A stretch of 62,929 nucleotides of DNA, filler included, from Octopus bimaculoides (lineage: Eukaryota): assembly GCF_001194135.2 (NCBI RefSeq). It is 7 parts of 7 records of this genome, joined end to end, with 100 filler letters (N's around TTAATTAATTAA, not from the genome) between each part and the next. Parts side by side here need not be neighbours in the genome. Positions count along the whole stretch, not along the records: positions 26,745 to 40,418 come from NC_068996.1; positions 40,519 to 47,867 come from NW_026362548.1; positions 47,968 to 59,119 come from NC_068981.1; 4 more parts are not named here. One strand, 5' to 3'. The position numbers and the translations under genes are program-made. Numbering within the stretch: position 1 is the first letter of the stretch; each line of letters starts with the position of its first letter. A model generated the notes under the pieces. That model made no database searches and was not told where the DNA came from. It was given only the letters and a program-made list of their open reading frames with translations. Below are positions 38,687-50,980 of this stretch, in pieces.

Positions 38687-40418
38687 ATCATCATCATCAT
38701 CATCGTTTAACGTCCGCTTTCCATGCTAGCATGGCTTGAATGATTTGACTGGGGACTGGTGAAACCGGATGGCAACACCAGCCTCCAATCTGATTTGGCA
38801 GAGTTTCTACAGCTGGATGCCCTTCCTAACGCCAACCACTCAGAGAGTGTAGTGGGTGCTTTTACGTGTCACCCGCACGAAGGCCAGTCAGGCGGTACTG
38901 GCAACGGCCACGCTCAAAATGGTGTATTTTATNNNNNNNNNNNNNNNNNNNNNNNNNNNNNNNNNNNNNNNNNNNNNNNNNNNNNNNNNNNNNNNNNNNN
39001 NNNNNNNNNNNNNNNNNNNNNNNNNNNNNNNNNNNNNNNNNNNNNNNNNNNNNNNNNNNNNNNNNNNNNNNNNNNNNNNNNNNNNNNNNNNNNNNNNNNN
39101 NNNNNNNNNNNNNNNNNNNNNNNNNNNNNNNNNNNNNNNNNNNNNNNNNNNNNNNNNNNNNNNNNNNNNNNNNNNNNNNNNNNNNNNNNNNNNNNNNNNN
39201 NNNNNNNNNNNNNNNNNNNNNNNNNNNNNNNNNNNNNNNNNNNNNNNNNNNNNNNNNNNNNNNNNNNNNNNNNNNNNNNNNNNNNNNNNNNNNNNNNNNN
39301 NNNNNNNNNNNNNNNNNNNNNNNNNNNNNNNNNNNNNNNNNNNNNNNNNNNNNNNNNNNNNNNNNNNNNNNNNNNNNNNNNNNNNNNNNNNNNNNNNNNN
39401 NNNNNNNNNNNNNNNNNNNNNNNNNNNNNNNNNNNNNNNNNNNNNNNNNNNNNNNNNNNNNNNNNNNNNNNNNNNNNNNNNNNNNNNNNNNNNNNNNNNN
39501 NNNNNNNNNNNNNNNNNNNNNNNNNNNNNNNNNNNNNNNNNNNNNNNNNNNNNNNNNNNNNNNNNNNNNGGCTGGCTACACCCCTGGCAGAGGCCTAGGA
39601 TTTAGGTCTCACTTGGCTTGCCGGGTCTTCTCACGCACAGCACATTTCCAAAGGTCTCGGTCAGTAGTCATCGCCTCGGTGGGGCCTAATGTTCGAAGGT
39701 CTTGCCTCACCACCTCAGCCCAGGTCTTCCTGAGCCTACCTCTTCCGCGGGTTCCCTCAACTGTTACGGTGTGGCACTTTTTCACACAGCTATCCTCGTC
39801 CATTCTCACCACATGTCCATACCAGCGTAATCGCCTCTCTTACACACCACAACTGATGCTTCTTATGTTCAGCTTTTCTCTCAAGGTACTTACACTCTGT
39901 CGGGTATGCACACTGACATTACACATCCATCGGAGCATACTGGCTTCATTCCTTGCGAGCTTACGCATGTCCTCAGCAGTCACAGCCCATGTTTCACTGC
40001 CATGTAGCACGGCTGTTTGTACACATGCGTCATACAGTCTGCCTTTTACTCTGAGAGAGAGAGACTTTGTCACCAGCAGAGGTAAGAGCTCTCTGAACTT
40101 TGCCCAGGGTATTCTTATTCTAGCAGCTACACTTTCAGTGCACCCTCCCCCACTACTAACCTGGTCGCCCAGATAGCGGAAGCTATCAACTACCTCTAGT
40201 TTTTCTCCCCGGAATGAGACAGAAGTTATTTCCTGTTTATTTACAGTGTTTATTGCACCTGAACATCTGCCACATACAAAGACTAACTTTGTAGTTAATC
40301 TGCCTTTGATATTGATGCACCTCTTATGTGTCCATAGCTTGCACTGGGTACATCTTATAGAGTTACTACCTACTCCTTTTCTACATACTGAGCAGGGCCA
40401 TCTACCTGAAGGGGTTTG
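38687..40418 (-). mobile_element. RTE-clade LINE, 3' portion (RT C-terminus with embedded PHD finger, 3' UTR, (GAT)n tail)
   Basis: Frame 40418-39609 reads QTPSGRWPCSVC...CGRC...LEVVDSFRYLGD...LHGSETW...RRLRWYGHVVRM...RGRGRLRKTW, with one premature TAA at 39840-39842. There is an internal gap, and the 5' part is lost in a gap. Confidence 0.92.
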
Positions 40419-42109
40419 NNNNNNNNNNNNNNNNNNNNNNNNNNNNNNNNNNNNNNNNNNNNTTAATTAATTAANNNNNNNNNNNNNNNNNNNNNNNNNN
40501 NNNNNNNNNNNNNNNNNNTTTTGCTAACTTGTCTTTACTGGTTGTGAGCCTATCTGTCCACACTAGCCAATCACAAGTTGAATGGAGTGTTCATGTGGTC
40601 CAGTGATTAAATCTAGACATCAGCACATATGTGGAATTTGAACTTAGAATGTTAAAAGCCAGAACAGATATTGCACAGCAACCCATCAAATGATCTAATA
40701 ATTTTGCCAATCCACCACACTGAATTGCTCTTTCATTTGATGACTTTGAATGAATGAAAGGTAAATTTTATTTCAGTGTAATATGAACTCAGAACAGAGA
40801 GTTGAAGTGATTATTGCAAAGCATTCTATCTTGCACTCTAATGTTATTTGTCTTAAGAAACATAATTAATTTAATAGCACTGGTTCTCAAAAATTAAATA
40901 TAAATATTATGTCAATAGAAAAACTCACCTTTGGTAGAGAAAAATTGCTTTAAAAAAACCCAACTATATAATAAATGTTTACTAGAGCCACAAAAGTTTT
41001 TAAAGCTGGTGTTTAGGTCTAAATTCTGTACCTCTGAACCAATGAATGTTTGATTATAGGGGTGTTAATCTGTCGAAAGTAACACTAAGATTCCTACAGA
41101 TAAATGAACTGAGACATATAAATCTAACTTGCTCAAGATATAGTGAAATGCTTGCTTGGACAGTANNNNNNNNNNNNNNNNNNNNNNNNNNNNNNNNNNN
41201 NNNNNNNNNNNNNNNNNNNNNNNNNNNNNNNNNNNNNNNNNNNNNNNNNNNNNNNNNNNNNNNNNNNNNNNNNNNNNNNNNNNNNNNNNNNNNNNNNNNN
41301 NNNNNNNNNNNNNNNNNNNNNNNNNNNNNNNNNNNNNNNNNNNNNNNNNNNNNNNNNNNNNNNNNNNNNNNNNNNNNNNNNNNNNNNNNNNNNNNNNNNN
41401 NNNNNNNNNNNNNNNNNNNNNNNNNNNNNNNNNNNNNNNNNNNNNNNNNNNNNNNNNNNNNNNNNNNNNNNNNNNNNNNNNNNNNNNNNNNNNNNNNNNN
41501 NNNNNNNNNNNNNNNNNNNNNNNNNNNNNNNNNNNNNNNNNNNNNNNNNNNNNNNNNNNNNNNNNNNNNNNNNNNNNNNNNNNNNNNNNNNNNNNNNNNN
41601 NNNNNNNNNNNNNNNNNNNNNNNNNNNNNNNNNNNNNNNNNNNNNNNNNNNNNNNNNNNNNNNNNNNNNNNNNNNNNNNNNNNNNNNNNNNNNNNNNNNN
41701 NNNNNNNNNNNNNNNNNNNNNNNNNNNNNNNNNNNNNNNNNNNNNNNNNNNNNNNNNNNNNNNNNNNNNNNNNNNNNNNNNNNNNNNNNNNNNNNNNNNN
41801 NNNNNNNNNNNNNNNNNNNNNNNNNNNNNNNNNNNNNNNNNNNNNNNNNNNNNNNNNNNNNNNNNNNNNNNNNNNNNNNNNNNNNNNNNNNNNNNNNNNN
41901 NNNNNNNNNNNNNNNNNNNNNNNNNNNNNNNNNTATGAACAAGAATCAGTAATTCAATACTTTATCTACTTTGCCATTCCAAGACTTTTGTAGTATTCTC
42001 ACAATCCAATACGTTCTTCATAAAATTTTAAATTCATAAGTTTTCTGTCATAAAAATTCTGTATAAATAATGTCTCTATCAATTCATTCATTCTGTTTCT
42101 ATGTTACAG

Positions 42110-42281
42110 ATAACTTGTGCACACTTGGTTCCTCCATTAATCTTGTTTTTGGCTAAACACCCTCTAATAGAAGATTATGATCTCTCTGCAATCAGAAGAA
42201 TATTTTCAGGAGCTGCTCCACTTGGTAAAGAACTTCTGTTTGAGTGTAAGGATAGACTTGGTGTTCAAGAAATGATCCAAG
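42110..42281 (+). CDS. Exon of a 4-coumarate-CoA-ligase/luciferase-like adenylate-forming enzyme (ANL superfamily)
   Basis: ITCAHLVPPLILFLAKHPLIEDYDLSAIRRIFSGAAPLGKELLFECKDRLGVQEMIQ(G). Acceptor TTACAG at 42109 and phase-1 donor G|GTAAAT. Confidence 0.92.
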
Positions 42282-43725
42282 GTAAATGATTTATTCTAAT
42301 TATTTTTTTTTTTTTGTGGCAGAAAGGATGTTAATGCAGTAGCAGTAAATTTAAGCTGTTATCCTGCTGACCATGTGGTTCTAAATTTGAGTTTTGCTCA
42401 TTATAGTTTGTCTTTCTAACAAAGATCATATTTCTGCATTCTATGTCTGTCTGTCAACTAATACTGTGCAGTTAACCACTAAGAGACACAGAAAGACATA
42501 TATGCTACCATGGCTTGAACTGGAATTGATTTTGAGGCACGGTTTTACAGTTGGATACTCTTCCTGTCACTAATTCTCAGAATATATTGATACAATTTAT
42601 TGAAAAGCATCACACTACAATTTAATTTCCTCCCATCACCTCAAAATCACAATCACATATCGATAATATATATTTTATGATATATAAATAAAATCAGCAA
42701 AATGGGTACAGTGACTTTACCATGAGGAGTGAAAGACCCAACATTTCTGACAGAATCCTTCTTCAGGAGAGAAATTAATGAGACACAGCAGAGTTTTACT
42801 TCCTCCAAGTTAGAAAACTCTCCCCCTCCACTCCACTGCTGTTTACTTTTCCCTTAAGATGAACTCTGTCTAAAATGTTGAATTTTCCACTCACCATGGC
42901 GAGTCCACTGTACTCTTTTTGTTGAATTCTCTAAATAATGCAGACAAACAGCACTCTCTTTTGATTGTATATTTTTTATATAATTATGTCTGAAATAATG
43001 CTACAATATCTAATGTTCAAGTTATANNNNNNNNNNNNNNNNNNNNNNNNNNNNNNNNNNNNNNNNNNNNNNNNNNNNNNNNNNNNNNNNNNNNNNNNNN
43101 NNNNNNNNNNNNNNNNNNNNNNNNNNNNNNNNNNNNNNNNNNNNNNNNNNNNNNNNNNNNNNNNNNNNNNNNNNNNNNNTTGGGTTTGAATTCTGTTACA
43201 GAATGCCCTTCATTACATCAACCAGAGTGGATCAGGTGCATTTTTTTCATTGCACTAGAACTATAGAGATTATCTTGCACTTGGCAAAACTAAATAGTCC
43301 TCTCAATCCTGTGTTGTTACTGTTTGATTTGTTAATAACTTCATAAAGTTTACTGAGTGCTTTTCTTGTGGCACCAGCACTTGTGAGGTTGCTGTGTAAC
43401 TCACAAGGCCATATCTAAATGAGTATAGATTAAAGGATAATTAAAGAAACAGATTTGTTGTTGTGAGAGGATAGTAGTGGAGAGAAAAGAAAAACTGGTG
43501 GAAGGAGAAATAATGGAGGAGACAGAGTAGAGTCCGGAATTACTGTGAAAGAAAGGGAGAGAGTGGTAAGGTTGATAGAGGGTGTTGGGTAGGAAGCACC
43601 CAGTGCTCTTTCACATTATATATATCATATCATCATCGTCATCATTATCATTGTCATCATAATCATTTTATGTACACTTTTATGTGTAGATAATTGTCTA
43701 CTCTATATTTATTGTTCTGCAATAG

Positions 43726-43826
43726 GTTATGGTCTGACTGAAACAAGCCCTGTTGTTCATTTGAGTGTACCACCAATTCGTCATGAAGGTTCTGTTGGAA
43801 CTTTGGTACCTAATACTGCTGCAAAG
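43726..43826 (+). CDS. Next exon of the 4CL/luciferase-like gene
   Basis: (G)YGLTETSPVVHLSVPPIRHEGSVGTLVPNTAAK. Acceptor AATAG, phase-compatible with the previous exon (completes QGYGLTE), and phase-0 donor AAG|GTAAAT. Confidence 0.92.
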
Positions 43827-43928
43827 GTAAATATCTCTTTCTCTTTAGAATTACAACTGCTTTAAAATATAACAAACCAAATTTATAAATGTTTCAATTA
43901 TTAAACATTTCCATCTAAATATTATATA

Positions 43929-45157
43929 TTAGGTTGTCCAGAAAATTCTGAGCGTTTTGAAGCAAAATCTTTTAATGCTTCATTGAACACACCTAAAGTG
44001 TAATACAGTTAAAACTTTGGTGTTGCTTGAAATGGTAATGCATCTCTTCTTTGTTCCTGACTAAAAGTAGATTTACCTTTTATTTTGGTTACCCTTTATT
44101 GATATTTGAAATGGATAACCAAAAATTTCATATTCACATTGTAATGCTTTTCTTTTTTAAAAAGAAGAAAATGCTGCAAAGACTTGCAAAAACATTTGTG
44201 AAGTTTATGGTGATTATGCTGTATGTGAATCAATTGTTTGATAGTGGTTTGCAAAATTTAACACTGGAGAGTTTAGCTTGGAAGATGACAGTCACAGTGG
44301 AAGGCCTTCAAATTTGGATGAAGATGTTTTGAAGACAAAAATTGAAGAAAACTCAAATATCACGACTAGAAAACTTGCAAGGGAGTTGGAAGTTTCTAAA
44401 AGTGTGGCTCATGAACAACTAGTGAAGTTAGGATACATTTCTCACTATCATGTATGGGTCCCTCACAAACTCTCAGAAAAGAATTGCTTGGACTGGTATT
44501 CTGTTTGTGATAGGCTTTTGAAACAGAATGAAAGCATGACTTCGTGACTGGAGATGAAAAATGGATTGTGTATGAAAACATAATGTGAAAAAGATCCTGT
44601 AGTTTGTATTAAGGATCCCCCAAAACAGCAACCCAAAGACAAATATCCATGCCAAAAAAGTTATGCTTTGTGTATGGTGGGATCATAAAGGCATTATTTA
44701 TTCTCCCACAAAAGCATACCATTAATTCCAATGTGTACTGTCATCACCTGGTTGGTTTGAAAAAAAATCAAAGAATTGAGGCCAGAGATTGCCAACAAGA
44801 ATAAGGTAGTGTTCCAACAAGACAATGCCCAACTACATGAACTTGGCTGGGAACTCTTACTCCACCCACCATATTCCCCTGATATTGTGCCAGCTGATTA
44901 CCCCTTGTTTTTGTCTCTTCAGAGCTCATTGCAAAGAAAAATATTTTACAATTTAAATGGAGTCAAAATGCATCTAGATAACTTTTATTCTTCAAAACCA
45001 AATTTTATGCTGATAGAATATTTAAATTGCCTGATAGATGGGCAAAGATCATTAATGATAATGGAAATTATTTCACTGAATAAAATTTATTGAAAGGTCA
45101 ATTATTTATATCCCTTTTTGCATATTAAAAAACGCTCAGAAATTTCTGGACAATTGA
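43929..45157 (+). mobile_element. Near-full-length defective mariner transposon inside an intron
   Basis: TA flanks and 24/25-identical TIR cores (43934-43958 and 45129-45153). Transposase remnants SGRPS, WVPHKL, TGDEKW, KVMLCVWWD, QQDNA and HPPYSPD are broken by frameshifts and stops. Confidence 0.93.
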
Positions 45158-45243
45158 TATTTAGCAGAAGTAACATAGTGATTCAAGATCTGAGAGTTTT
45201 GTGTATTGGAATGCCAACCTATATGTATCTATATATATATATA

Positions 45244-45560
45244 ATCATCATCATTTAACATTCATCTTCCATGCATACATGGGTTGGATGGTTCACAGGA
45301 GGTGGCCAGGTAGAAAAACTACCCTATATTACTGTGTCTGTTTTGGCAGGGATTTTACAGCTGGATGCTCTTCCTAACACCAACCACTCCACAGGGTGGA
45401 CACAGTGCTTTTTACATGGCACTAGCACAGGTGAGGTAGTTTTGGCATGATTTTTACAGCTGGATGCTCTTCCAAATGCGAATCACTTTACAGTGTGGAC
45501 TGGATTCTTTTTACGTGACACCAGCACTGGCAGGATCCCCCAAGTAACTCGCAAGACAAA
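45244..45560 (-). mobile_element. Diverged RTE LINE 3' UTR copy
   Basis: (CAT)n end plus two TTTTACAGCTGGATGCTCTTCC units homologous to 38805-38830. Confidence 0.7.
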
Positions 45561-46145
45561 GAATTTTGAGAGGGACAGAGGCATTTGAGAAGAATTCATG
45601 TCAGAGGATGAAAGGTTAGATGATGACAAAGAGAAAGAGAGGCAGAAACAGATGTCTTGTTATAATGGACAGGGCATTGGAGGAGTATCAGATGATGAAA
45701 GGTCACAGTGTGACAGGGAAATAGGGAGGCAGAAATAGGTTGTCTTGTTATAGAGGAGGTAGGTGGTTACCCAGTGAAAGAGAGAGCGATCAAAAATAAG
45801 TGCAGAAATAGGTGTGCTGTTGTAGAGGAGGTATGTGGCTACCTAGCCAGAAGGAGAGAGAGAGTAAAAAACAGCAAAAATGTAAGAAAGAGCAGGAGAG
45901 ATATAGCAAAGTGACAGGGTATACTCACAGATAACAAGGATCAGAGCATAGATGTGATGGTAGAGTAAAGAAAAGACATTATATATATGTATGCCCATCT
46001 GTATGTATGTATGTACATATGAATGGATGGACGGAGAGACGGCTAGCTACAAACGGCAACTAAGAGTTTCTTCAATGTACTATAAGCTCAATACTAAGTA
46101 CCCAGCCAATCCTGGTGCCCTACGTGTTGATATAACTAGATCTTA

Positions 46146-46557
46146 ATGAAACCTGAAACTGAGTGTTATACAAATGTCAGAACTGGCTGCCATTGTATTG
46201 TACCAAAGGTACCAACCACTCCACCTAAATTCAGGACCAGGTATTGCAATAGTCTAGGGCTCAAAGGCCCACAGCTCTTCCATGCCCTGCCACAAAAATT
46301 AAGAAATTTGCATAACGTGGAAGTAGATGTCTTTAAAAAGGAACTAGACATCCTCCTCTCCACAATACCAGATGAACCAAGTGCCTGACATGAGGAGCAA
46401 ACAAGGGTGGCAGAATCAAACTCCATTATACACCAAATGTACCAACAGTTGGGACAATGGCACATACAGGAGTGGTGATGCGAAACACCCAGACTGAAGA
46501 CGTCAGAAAGACCATGGTGGTGCTCCAGCATGACCACGGCTGCATGGCTGAAATGAG
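46146..46557 (+). mobile_element. CR1/L2-group LINE 3' fragment
   Basis: RTGCHCIVP...CNSLGLKGPQLFHALPQKLRN...VDVFKKELDILLSTIPDEP...AESNSI resembles the C-terminal tail of CR1/L2-type ORF2 (recalled, not searched). Confidence 0.7.
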
Positions 46558-46928
46558 NNNNNNNNNNNNNNNNNNNNNNNNNNNNNNNNNNNNNNNNNNN
46601 NNNNNNNNNNNNNNNNNNNNNNNNNNNNNNNNNNNNNNNNNNNNNNNNNNNNNNNNNNNNNNNNNNNNNNNNNNNNNNNNNNNNNNNNNNNNNNNNNNNN
46701 NNNNNNNNNNNNNNNNNNNNNNNNNNNNNNNNNNNNNNNNNNNNNNNNNNNNNNNNNNNNNNNNNNNNNNNNNNNNNNNNNNNNNNNNNNNNNNNNNNNN
46801 NNNNNNNNNNNNNNNNNNNNNNNNNNNNNNNNNNNNNNNNNNNNNNNNNNNNNNNNNNNNNNNNNNNNNNNNNNNNNNNNNNNNNNNNNNNNNNNNNNNN
46901 NNNNNNNNNNNNNNNNNNNNNNNNNNNN

Positions 46929-46984
<56 letters not shown>

Positions 46985-47561
46985 GGAGAATTTACAAAAA
47001 AAACAAACAGACGAATACAGGTGGTGTAAACAACAAATGGATGTATTAGTTTAACGCTCGGGAATAGAGAAAGTCTTTGACGTTTTGAGCTACGCTCTTC
47101 AACTGAAAGAAACACAGAAAGATATAAGGAGAGAAACAAGGAGAAAAAAAATATAAATGTAGTGGTCAGCGATCTATCATGGCGAATGCCGGACAGGCAT
47201 ATATATATATATATGTATATGTTTAATGGTCATTTTCATAGCATTTTTCAATGGCCAGATAACTGAAGAGATGGCGGCGTGGGTTTCCACCCCGACATCC
47301 AAAACTCGGAGTTTTATCATGGCTGCCAAATAATTGTCACATATTACTTACAGATAAATTCCTCTATTTACATAATATCAAGGTCTCTTTCTTTTGTTGT
47401 CTTACCTTTTCTATCAATATATATATATATGTATATACGTTTTGTAGTTTAACATGGCAACCAATGGTTTCATGTGGAAGAAATCTCCACAATTGTTTAA
47501 GCAAACCACTTGGAAATGTTGGTACTTCTTTCCAAAATAGAGAGAAGGAGAGAGAGAGAGT

Positions 47562-47594
<33 letters not shown>

Positions 47595-47637
47595 AATTTT
47601 GTATAAATGATGTTGTTTGTCTTTGTATCTTTGGCAG

Positions 47638-47779
47638 ATAATTGATCCTGAAACAAACGAAATCTTAGGCCCAATGCAAACTGGGGAGATATGTATCAAA
47701 GGTCCACAAGTAATGAAGGGCTATTTAAACCGACCAGAAGCTACTGCTGATATGATCAGAGATGGCTGGTTGTATTCAG
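47638..47779 (+). CDS. Next exon of the 4CL/luciferase-like gene
   Basis: IIDPETNEILGPMQTGEICIKGPQVMKGYLNRPEATADMIRDGWLYS(G). Acceptor TTGGCAG and phase-1 donor G|GTAGGG. Confidence 0.93.
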
Positions 47780-49070
47780 GTAGGGTTTTAATAAATGTTG
47801 ATAAATATTCCTATCTCCACAGCTTTTCAACCATCTCACCACCCACCCTCTCATTTTCCCCTTTCTGNNNNNNNNNNNNNNNNNNNNNNNNNNNNNNNNN
47901 NNNNNNNNNNNTTAATTAATTAANNNNNNNNNNNNNNNNNNNNNNNNNNNNNNNNNNNNNNNNNNNNTAAACTTTCCAAAGAAAAAAAATTGATTATTGA
48001 TTCTGCCAATATCAGTGATAAAAACATTTAAGAAAAGCGTCAAGAGGAATGGAGAATATACTAACATCTCCTCTTTGAAATATATAAAAGTTAAGGTGAG
48101 GATAAAACGTACAGAGTGTGCCAAAATGTGTTGTTGTTGTTGTTGCTATCGTTGTTATTTCCGTTGTGGTTATTGTTGGTGTACTACTTGCAGTTGTTGT
48201 TGTTGTTGGTGGTAGTGGTGGTGGTGGTGGTGGTGGTGCTGCTGCTGTTGCATTTGTTTTTGCTGTTGCATTTGTTTTTGTTGTTACTGTTTGGCTCCAT
48301 GTCAACCCTGCTAGTTCAGGCCTTTATATAACAGGCATTCCAGCCGTGTCCATTCCGTCGGGTTAGACATATATGGGATTACATTTCTCAATATGTCCTT
48401 TCCAACTTTTTAAGATTGTAAATTGTCATTTGTGGGAGATTTAACTATTTTCTAGCAGGAGAAATAGCCCCTTAAAGGCTCCCTCCTTGCACGTGGTTAG
48501 TAATTGTAAATGGGTCATTTGTTGTACATCTGGTCCAGTGATCGACAGAACAGTAAGTCCTAGTGTACACAGTATCGACTGCCAAATACGAACAGTTTAG
48601 TCACTTTTATTAAGTCGGTTGATTCGTTCAACTGAATCGCAAACTTAGCCTTTTTTGATTCTTTCAATAAGTTGCATAAATTCCTAAGAGCTAATTTATG
48701 TAGTTCTTTTACAAAACGTATCATTTGAGTGAAATTTTTCGTATGTCACCAGTGACAGTCTTTCTATGAATAATTTCGGTGATTTTACATACCTCTGGCA
48801 ACACAAGTTATTTACCACTCTTATGGTTTCTTAACTTTTCTAATAAAGCACCAGGATTCGTATAATGTCTTAAGTATTTTACTAGTATTCTTTTCAAAAC
48901 ATTCTTTTTGTCCTTTCAAAGATTTCAGTAATCTTTCAAAAAACAGTAAAGGTTTGTCTCTTCTAAGGAAGCATATATGATATCAAGATGTCTTTTTATT
49001 TAGTATGTTTTATACTTTCATTCACCAAAAAATTCCTTACGAATTAAGCTGCCGAGATACAGTACATCTT

Positions 49071-49430
49071 GTTGGCACTCTGTCGCTTACGACGTCGAGG
49101 CTTCCAGTTGATCCGATCAACGGAACAGCCTGCTCGTGAAACTCCACAGACACATGTACCCTTAACGTAGTTCTCAGGGAGATTCAGCGTGACACAATGT
49201 GACAAGGCTGACCCTTCGAATTACAGGCGCAAGAGAAACAGGAAGTAAGAGTGAGAGAAAGTTGTGGTGGAAGAGTACAGCAGGGTTCGCCACCATCCCC
49301 TGCCGGAGCGTCGTGGAGCTTTAGGTGTTTTCGCTCAATAAACACTCACAATGCCCGGTCTGGGAATCGAAACCGTGATCCTATGACCGTGAGTCCGCTG
49401 CCCTAACCACTGGGCCATTGCGCCTCCATG
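49071..49430 (-). mobile_element. SINE family C, full-length with 12-bp TSD
   Basis: A-box TGGCCCAGTGG and B-box GGTTTCGATTCCC on minus. TSD ACAGTACATCTT at 49059-49070 and 49431-49442. Confidence 0.9.
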
Positions 49431-50597
49431 ACAGTACATCTTACCTAAAAGCAAAGGTAATTCCATTAAAAAAAAGATTCGTTGTTCTTCCTCTTTGTTG
49501 TGTGTGCGCGCGTTTCACACGCGTGTTGATTATAGCCTCGATCACTTTCTAATTCGTGTTATTACATCCACCATCTGTAGGAATCATTATTTCAGCATTG
49601 TTTTCTGACGTATTTTTCTTCGACAGATTCAACAAATTCATCAGCGGAAGTTATTTTCAATTTTGCGCAATAAAAAATCAACTAATATTTTGAAAATAAC
49701 TATAAAAACACTAACATTGAATTTATATTTATGAGTATTTAAATTATGTTATAAATTCAAAATGAAGACATGTAAAGCCCTGTTTTTATATTTATTGAAT
49801 TCGTTTTATGTAATATAAACTAGAAACTGGAAAAAATTGCAATAATATTTGTTGATCTAACAAGTAAATTACATAGTTGTCAAAATTAAATTATCTTAAG
49901 TACCTATTATTAGCACACAGCTCACTGATAATATGTATTTTCAGATCGAGATTTCAAAATCATGTCTTTAAACAAACTTCGCATTGATACCATTCACAAA
50001 ATACTTCATTAAGGCTGTTAATGCATTTCAACGCAAGGCACATGATACCAGGTGTCGTGAGACACAATGGCAAATACGATACAAATCAAAAGTTCATTAT
50101 ATTAAGCTTACAAAATTATATTGATTACGAAAAGAAAAAGCATCTTAATAGTAAATGCTTGGTTTTAGTATTGATAAAAGTTCTTGCAGTATATGGCAAC
50201 CATTCGCGACACAAAAACTCAACAGGAACAAGATGATTCTAACTAATGTCCTCTGATGTTTTATTTTCATTCAGATTTCATTTCATATTCGCAATTTATA
50301 TTTTATGGTCATATTTCTGGCATATATATTTTCAGCTTATTTTTTTTATATGTAAATTAAAATGCTCTAATAAACACAGATGTACTTTAATATGTCCCAC
50401 AAAAGTTCATCGATCCAAAATAATCTTAATGCGATCCCTCCACCTAGAGTTTGCAACTCATAGTTTAACCTTTTTACTGTAGAACGCAGATATAGTCACT
50501 CAAAATTTTATTGTCCTTAACTCTGGAAAGCATTTTTATATACTAATCTTCCTTTTGTTGGGGAATGTCATATTTGAAACTATTTTCTCTTGAAATA

Positions 50598-50980
50598 GGA
50601 GTGGCTGTGTGGTAAGTAGCTTGCTTACCAACCACATGGTTCCGGCAGTGGCACCTTGGGGAAGTGTCTTCTACTATAGCCTCGGGCCGACCAAAGCCTT
50701 GTGAGTGGATTTGGTAGACGGAAACTGGAAGAAGTCCGTCGTATATATGTATATATATGTATGTGTTTGTGTGTCTGTTTTTGTCCCCCCCCCTCCCAGC
50801 ATCGCTTGACAACCGATGCTGGTGTGTTCACGTCCCCGTAACTTAGCGGTTCGGCAAAAAGTGACCCGATAGAATAAGTACTAGGCTTACAAAGAATAAG
50901 TCCTGGGGTCGATTTGATTCGACTAAAGGCGGTGCTCCAGCATGGCCGCAGTCAAATGACTGAAACAAGTAAAAGAGTAA
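50598..50980 (+). mobile_element. SINE family B copy with a short deletion in the head
   Basis: Highly similar to 18164-18520. Confidence 0.9.

Noticed and set aside
49360-49430. tRNA-like sequence with A and B boxes (likewise the SINE A and B heads)
   Set aside because: It continues into a SINE body bounded by a TSD and forms no complete cloverleaf. It is not a tRNA gene.
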